From positions 12,586,001 through 12,650,000 of the forward strand of contig CM022670.1 of assembly GCA_012295275.1 (NCBI GenBank): DNA of 64,000 nucleotides. Reading direction: 5' to 3'. Below the pieces are notes generated by a model. It did no database searches and was not told the origin of the DNA. It worked only from the letters and a program-made list of their open reading frames with translations. This document shows, one piece after another, positions 56,328 to 64,000 of the stretch (the stretch's first letter is position 1; each line of letters begins with the position of its first letter). Source of the DNA: Chrysomallon squamiferum (taxonomy: Eukaryota > Animalia > Mollusca). Position numbers and translations under genes: made by a program.

Positions 56328-57633
56328 TTAGTAAGAATCTACAGAATGTACCTTTAAAACGTCAAATAAAAAAAATAAAGCAGTTTAGAATTTGTTTACA
56401 AATATGTCTAGCGTATATAAATTTTCTGTTTCAAACCATATAATTATTCATACACATTATGTGCTGTTTATTCCAGCATTTACTAATAGAATGAATCAAT
56501 GTAATTTATGCTGCAATGAATTTCTTTTCTTTTTCTTTTTCGCACTCATTTCATGCATTCTTGTATTTATTTTACATTCACAACCAAGATGTATTCTGAA
56601 AAACCACAGAAATACATCTTTTCTTTGGATTCTTAAATTTTTGATTTATTATTGCGTTTTATTACTGAAACAGTCTTTGTTCTGGAAAAAGCGAGTGTGT
56701 ACGTTTTGTGTTAATAATTTATTCAGAAATAAACGAACCGTGGTCTCACGCCAGACTTTTCTAGCAATAAAAACAAACAAAATCGGAATCGGTAAATACA
56801 GAAACTGTCACGGTGACTGCGCATGCTCGTTCAACCATAACGAAACCTTATGTTCGCTTCTATCCATCGTGTTATTAAACATAAACACAAAATGACAGAT
56901 ATAATTTATCGTATTTTGAAAAAATAAATAAATAAAAAAATTCTTTGTAGATGGTAATTTGGATTCTGCCCTGCTTGTGTTGATTGTTTAAGAGACGGAA
57001 CAGAAAAACCGGTAGGAAATCCACAATGAATTTGTAATTAACATTTTTCACACATGCAGAAGATTCTCTGTGGTGGTTCTGCAAATTGCAGGCTACTTTC
57101 TGCAGACACGGCTTTATCGTGGATCTAAGAGGGTAAATGGAGGAATTCGGAACGAACGTAGGATGAAAGCAACAAGATTTTGGTAGACGGTTCCAAGGTT
57201 TCTAAAACCCATTGCGTAATGTCTAAAGTAGCGATGAATGTCTTTAAATTAAATTGGCTTTGAAGAGAGGGAATAGTGAAGAGAGTTTCCAAGTGTTTCC
57301 TAGGATCCGCCTGGCGTCATTTATCCTTGTCTAATTTGCAAGTTGGAGAATTTCCATTTAATTACGCTTAGGGAGTGGCTACAGAGCACTAATTACAGCG
57401 CTCACTTCGTGCGTTACGTTCCGTTCCAACCAGCTCCCCATAAATAGGTTTCCTAATAGAAGAAGCTTGTTCTCTTCTCTCTGTGGGGTGCTAATTGATA
57501 AAAGTAGCCTATCTTTTAGAATGTTGGCTTCTTTCAGCTTTTATATCACATTACACACAAACCATACTAGTCTATAACAGTATATATAATATAATATCAT
57601 TTTTCATACAACCATTCCTTAATGTAAATATAT

Positions 57634-57701
<68 letters not shown>

Positions 57702-58048
57702 ATGACGCCTAATTCTGAAATACAGTGATGTCTAAAAACAGATGATAATTCAATCAGGCACTTCAGTATATACGATCACTTTTTTGAAAAATATTATTTT
57801 TTTTCTTTTAGAAAATATCTCGTAAAATAATCAGTTCGTGTTAAAGAAAACGTTTTTAATGAAAAAAAAAAAAAAAAAACCCAAAATTAATGTTGTATAT
57901 AAAGATTTGTTGCAATATATATTATTAATTACTTTACAACCATGTGACTTTCTTAAACATTGATTCATTCTTTAAATGCCTCTAACACAGATACTGTTTC
58001 CTGCATATTTCTCTTTAAGTATCGTACGAAAATCAACCATTTTATGTA

Positions 58049-58090
<42 letters not shown>

Positions 58091-59007
58091 GTAATAGCAG
58101 TAGTGGCAGTTGTTATAAATGCAGTAGAAATTGTAATAACAATAGCAAAAGCAGTATTAGTATCAATATTTGTTTAAGAAAAGACGAAGAAGGAGGAACA
58201 GAGAGAGAAGAAAAAGAAGAAGAAGTGACTGAATGAACGATAAAGACAATTTAGTGTTACCTAGGAGATAAACCAGAAAAAATATTTTGCTACAATATTT
58301 TGCATCGTTCAACAAAACGTGATCTAACTAGGTCACAACGGTCTACATCTGTTCAACGTGAACCTGTTTGTCTATTATCGTTTCATTTCACAAAATGTGC
58401 TACATTCCGAAAATAGTTGTGCTGATTAATGAAATAAGTAGCAGACACTATTACAGCTTATCATGAAGACATGTTTATATGGACACTATGGGCAGTAACT
58501 TGCTGATCCCGTGCAAATTATGTTAACCCTTGATAAGTCCACTTTCACTTTCCATTACGTGCACGAGGTTTTGCACCTCTAATGCATTCCAAAAAGATAG
58601 GGTATCTAAATCCTGCACTGGCCGATAATGCAATGGTTCGAAAGAGATTGCCGCCGAAATTACGTTTGACAAGAGATAAAAGTATATTTCGTTTCGGAGT
58701 AAAATAGTGGAAAATATGCCCTTCGGAATTTCAGTTTGGTTTTGTGCCAGTCTATTACGTTATCTAAACATTTGATCACTTCTCGATATTTTTAGAATGG
58801 TGCTGTAAGACAGAGCGTGAGAAAATTGCTGATATTTTTATTAGCACGAGAGCGCGTGAACCGGAAGTGAATTAAACTCCAGGTGAAGTTGTAAAACTCT
58901 CAGTTAGCCAAAAATCTCGATTACCTGTTTTATCTTTCACTGCTGTTCCTCTCTGACCTTCTAGCTCTTGTGTTTCTTCTCTGCCTTTGGTTAATTATTC
59001 TTATCCC

Positions 59008-59071
<64 letters not shown>

Positions 59072-59716
59072 TCTCTCTCTTCCTTTTCCGGTAAACCTTT
59101 TCATAATATCTCTAACCATTTAGATAATTTTCAAGTTTAGACCAAATTTTATTCGTTTCATTAAACATCTGGCTTCGGCATCGCAATATCTTCAACAATT
59201 TGGCAGAAAGATCTAAAACGACAACGATAACAAACACATCTTACAATCTTGTAACAAATCGCTAAATTCTCCGTGTTACATAAGGCCAAAGTTTACAAGC
59301 TATGGCCAAAGCTACCCAATCTTTTCACAATATGGTTTATTTCTAACAGTCCAAAACATCATGCCACAAATCTCAGACGTCGAATATCAAAGAGAAATCG
59401 GGCCATAAATTCTAGGCGTTCCTTGGAGCAATAGCGTACCACATTAAGATATATCAGTTCTAAAGAGATATGTTTCTTTCTTCGCTGTAATTCTCCGATC
59501 TGTTGCCTATCTACACGTCACTGGTAAACAGACGGTTATGTCTATTATACGGATTTACCTTACTCTGAAAAGCAAACTTTCAACATTCATGATGCACTAT
59601 AATTTGAAAATATAAATTTTCATGATTTATATATGTTACTTTCTGTGCGTTACTGTGAAAAAAATATATATGTCTATTATTTACTACTGTTACGAAAACA
59701 ACAGCAAAAACAGAAA

Positions 59717-59747
<31 letters not shown>

Positions 59748-61144
59748 AAACTTATTATTAATGGTAGAAGAAATAAAATAGTGAAGGTTGTGTTGGTAGT
59801 AAGTAGTAGTAGTAATAATAACTGAGCAACAGCATCAGCAGCAGCAGCAGCAGCGAGGAAAAAGTTGTAGTAAAGGTAGCAGTAGTAGTAGTAGCAGCAG
59901 GAAGAGGTAGTAGTAGTAGTAGTAACAGTAGTAGTGTCAATGAGATAACGTACCTCTCTTATTTAATACGATGCATAAAGCCTCTGTATACAATATAAGT
60001 TACTAGGTGAAATGTCTGTTTTTTTAAATCAAAACTATTCTCGGGAAATGTTTATAACGTTTAATCATATTTATATTATTCTAGGAATACTGCCATCCCG
60101 ATTCACTGCACCACAGAGATCTAGTATTTACCTTAACATATTTTAACCCTGTGAAAAATTATAGCTATATTACTCTTTTCATTCTGAGGTAACGTGTGAT
60201 TTTATAATGTACTAATAATAATATATAGGCTAAAAACACTTTTTTTTTTTTTTTTATCATGTGAAAAAAGTGTGTTGCCAAGCCTTACGTTACACTGGGA
60301 AAGGATTTATTTTCTTGATTTATATAATTCGGAGAAAACATCTATTTTCAGCGTGTACATACGTTACACTGGGAAACGTCTATGTTCGTGATTAAACGTT
60401 ACGTTGAGAAACGTTTGGCATCTCTCTTAATTGATGTTCCGTTGTGTGCATCTCGTTTTTCCTAACAAGCGGCGGACAAGTCAGTATTCGATACACAGTG
60501 ATTTACAGTTCTTCCTCGTTTATTAGCCTCTGTTTATATACGCAGTATATCAAACGCCATCTGGTAAGGAATACACTGGCTTCGCGCAAAAACTCTGATG
60601 GTCATTCAGATTCCGTGTAGGATACAGTGTTTTAAAATACTGAGAATGAAATCCGTATGCAGTTTCACAGATTATAAATAAACTAATTAAAATTAATTAA
60701 TTAATTAATGCTGCTGCTATTACTGCTACTGCTGTTATCGCTGCTACTACTATTACTACTACTACAATTTCTACTACTAGGTCTACTACTATTGCTACTA
60801 CCACTACTATTACTACTACTACTACTACTACAACTACTACTACAACAACTACTACTACTAGTCTAAAGCAGACTGCATGAATAAATAAATAAAAATAAAT
60901 AGATACATTTTTATTAAAGCAGACTTTATTATTTATTATTTATTATTTAAGCACTGAGCCATGAATATATTGCGATCTATAACGTTACTTTCACTTAGTA
61001 GCATACATTATATATTTAGCCTTTTTGCAACATATTAAGGGTATTCATAGTTGCGTAAACTATTTTGTTAAAACTGAAGAATGCTTAAACATGTGTATTT
61101 TTAAGATGTTTTAAAATTCTGTTAAAAGAATATTTTAAAAGTAC

Positions 61145-61201
<57 letters not shown>

Positions 61202-61484
61202 CATATATATATATACATATATACATACACACATATTAGTCAGCTATGTGTCTTTTCACGAATTAAAAGCCTTTATTTTCACTGTGTAGAGATAGTTACA
61301 TGCACAGAACAGGTCAGTATATTTTAATCAATAGCTAAGCAACAGGTATCTGACAGATTCTGCGTCAAAAGATGCTTCCGGGACACGTTTGTTTCTAAAG
61401 CATTACAACTTACGGTTAACGTACATTACTAAGCAAGAAAAGAAAAAGAAGCAATGGAGTGGTAGAAGAACATTGCAGTTGGTT

Positions 61485-61530
<46 letters not shown>

Positions 61531-64000
61531 TGTGTGTATGTGCGTATGTATTTCATGTTTATTTGAAGAAAAAAAATGATATCGTGCTTCGAGGTTGAAA
61601 AGGTTTGGTATAGGAAATAAAAAGACTTTATGGAATGATATTTTAGCGTCGAGCAATATTTTACAAGAAGAAGTGTGCTTAAATCGAAACAAACATGCAT
61701 AGTCGCATAACAGCTGGAAGGACAAATAGTAACGCAACGTAAATTGCAGACAAGTTGATCTTTCATACATTTCTTGATGGTTGTTACAGAAAGTACAGTT
61801 AATTAAAAGCCACTTGCCGCTGTTGTGAACAGAACAACTCATGTGGCAACAGTTTTCCTTTGTACAGTTTCAGACCGAAATGACAGCTAATATCCGAAGG
61901 GATGTCGTTAAATAACGGCTCTTTCTTCTCATGTCACTTCGTCAATATACTCGGCCTCGCAATAAAAACAGCTGACTCCATTACGTTGAAAGAAATTCAC
62001 AATAAATCAATTTACTGTCTGTAATATTCCTCACGTCCAAAATTTACAGTTAAGATTATGATCATCGTGACATATTAACAAGAAGAACGAAGCAGACTCT
62101 GAACGTAAACTGGTGTCGAGTGTAAACGATATTTCGAAATGGCTATAACAGAAAATACAAAACATCGCGATCTAGTTCAGAAGTTGCTTCTCGAAGAATG
62201 GTTCCTTTGATACAGCTGTTACTGTTATTGTCATTTCTTATTAATTTTCCATAAAAATGTTTTCTGAGATCAGTGATCGCGATATACATACACTAAACTA
62301 TTAACTAAATAGATAATATGAAGTCACCGGTGTAAACTTCCATATCCTATTAATTTGAGGCTTTTTGTCTGGGATGCATACTGAAACATTTCAAGCTTTA
62401 GGCGATCATTTAGGCTTCTATTAACTTTTTTCTTGTTTCTTTTATTTTTCGTTAATTTTAGTTAATCATCTGATCATCACGAAATGATTTGTTGCTTCAA
62501 CAGACTGTTAAATAGTCTCGTCAAAATACAAACATCATCAGATAATCCAGATGATACCTCGGCCAGATGATCCTACTTTCCCGTCTTTAATTCAAAAATA
62601 CGTCATATTTCTTCAACTTTTCTACGCCTTTCGGGATAAATTTCTTGTTAATTGAAAAGCGAGTCACGATAATTAAGTTGAATACGAGGAGACCTTCTAG
62701 TGATTACAGAGAAGCGCCTGTAGAAAATGGACACGTCTGGCCAATTACGGACACACGCTGGACCTCATTAGCACGGAAACTCCAGCTTGTGTCCAGACGT
62801 GGGCAACACCAACATCGTCAGACATTTACAGAATTCTCTGATGTTTTCTCAGTTTATTTTTCCTCAGGTAATTATTATAATACGCTGACCTTTGCTGCCT
62901 GAACGTTCAGACTTGTTCATCAAGGAGTAGTCAGTCTGTTTACGATCATATATATATATATATATATAGTATTTATGATGTAGTGGTGGTAATTAAATTA
63001 TTTTATTAACGCCTACTCATCTGTATAACTAGAATTTAGTTTTGATTAATGTTGATATTTATAGACTGTTTGCGAGTTGTATATTTATTTTTTTAAGTTA
63101 AACTGTTTAAAATATCTTAGAGAGGTTTAGAGAGCGATAATTAACTACTACTATAATTATTATTAATACCACCACTCTTATTACTACTACTTTTTGAAAT
63201 TATTACTACTACTACTACTATTACCATCATTACTATTATTTCTACTACAACAACAACAAAAACAATGTTTATTACTGCTAATACTATTTCTACTATTGCT
63301 GTCGGTGCAACTCTATTACTAATAATAACAATAAAAAGATGAACAAGAACAAGATCAACAGCAACGATAAAAAAAACAGAAGAAAGAAAAAAAGTTATTT
63401 TGCTAAAACTCTAGTTTATCTTGAAGGCATCAAGTTTACCAGTAAAATAATCAACAACAAAGAAAAAAAAAAGGCAAAATCAGCCACTTTTAAAGATGAC
63501 AACAGAAAAACAATTGCTTCAGAAACATCTGGAAAAAGTAAAACAAGAATTGCAACAACAAAAACTCTTGTATATCTTCTACTTGTTGATGTTGATATTT
63601 CTGATATTTTTGCGTTAATGGTTTTCTTCTTGTTATTCTTTATTTTCTTTTACTTCTTTTCGTTTTTCTGCGTTGTTCTTTTTCTTTTCCTTCAACTTAA
63701 TTGAACTCATAAACAAAAAACTGACCGTATAAAACCAACGACAAAAGCAGGTGATAACAAAAACGGAACGTAAACAATGTAAAATAACACTTGCTCCTAA
63801 GACAATAGAAAAAAATAACTGACAATGTTAAATTCTGTTCGTAAATTTCTCAAAAGAAGAAGAATTGCTTCACCATATCCGTGAAAAAGAACATTATAAG
63901 CAATAACATTTAATCTATCAAATTACATTAATATATCATTTTATCAAGTTCAGTCAGGCTGACTCATTTTGTTGGAGTAGGTAATAACGAAAACAATTTA

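Noticed and set aside
56392-56895. 167-aa ORF
   Set aside because: AT-rich, F/I/L/N/K-biased composition typical of non-coding DNA, with no domain or splice support.
62315-62345. TCACCGGTGTAAAC, resembling the miR-36 family
   Set aside because: Seed mismatch (CACCGGT versus CACCGGG) and only a very short hairpin.

Overview
AT-rich, microsatellite-dense eukaryotic DNA from a protostome animal, most likely a mollusc (inferred from a miR-981/Mir-76 locus and SINE-like relics). There are no prokaryotic features. Nearly all ORFs in the supplied track are translations of simple repeats. Two features are well supported: (1) a canonical pre-miR-981 (Mir-76 family) hairpin at 1959-2021 on the + strand; (2) a GC-rich CDS at 45886-46359 (+) encoding a 157-aa orphan single-pass membrane glycoprotein with type III topology, with its own TATA/CpG-rich 5' exon and intron. 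The rest looks like the extended 5' region of a + strand, multi-promoter locus, probably the miRNA host. It has several promoter-like islands with strong splice donors, 8 perfect CRE palindromes, RFX X-boxes, ETS sites, a CTCF site, a duplicated exon whose second copy is dead, a ~135-bp inverted-repeat pair, minisatellites and SINE remnants. Exon connectivity is inferred from splice motifs only and needs RNA data. I could not identify the host gene, and I cannot claim a new biological system from sequence alone.
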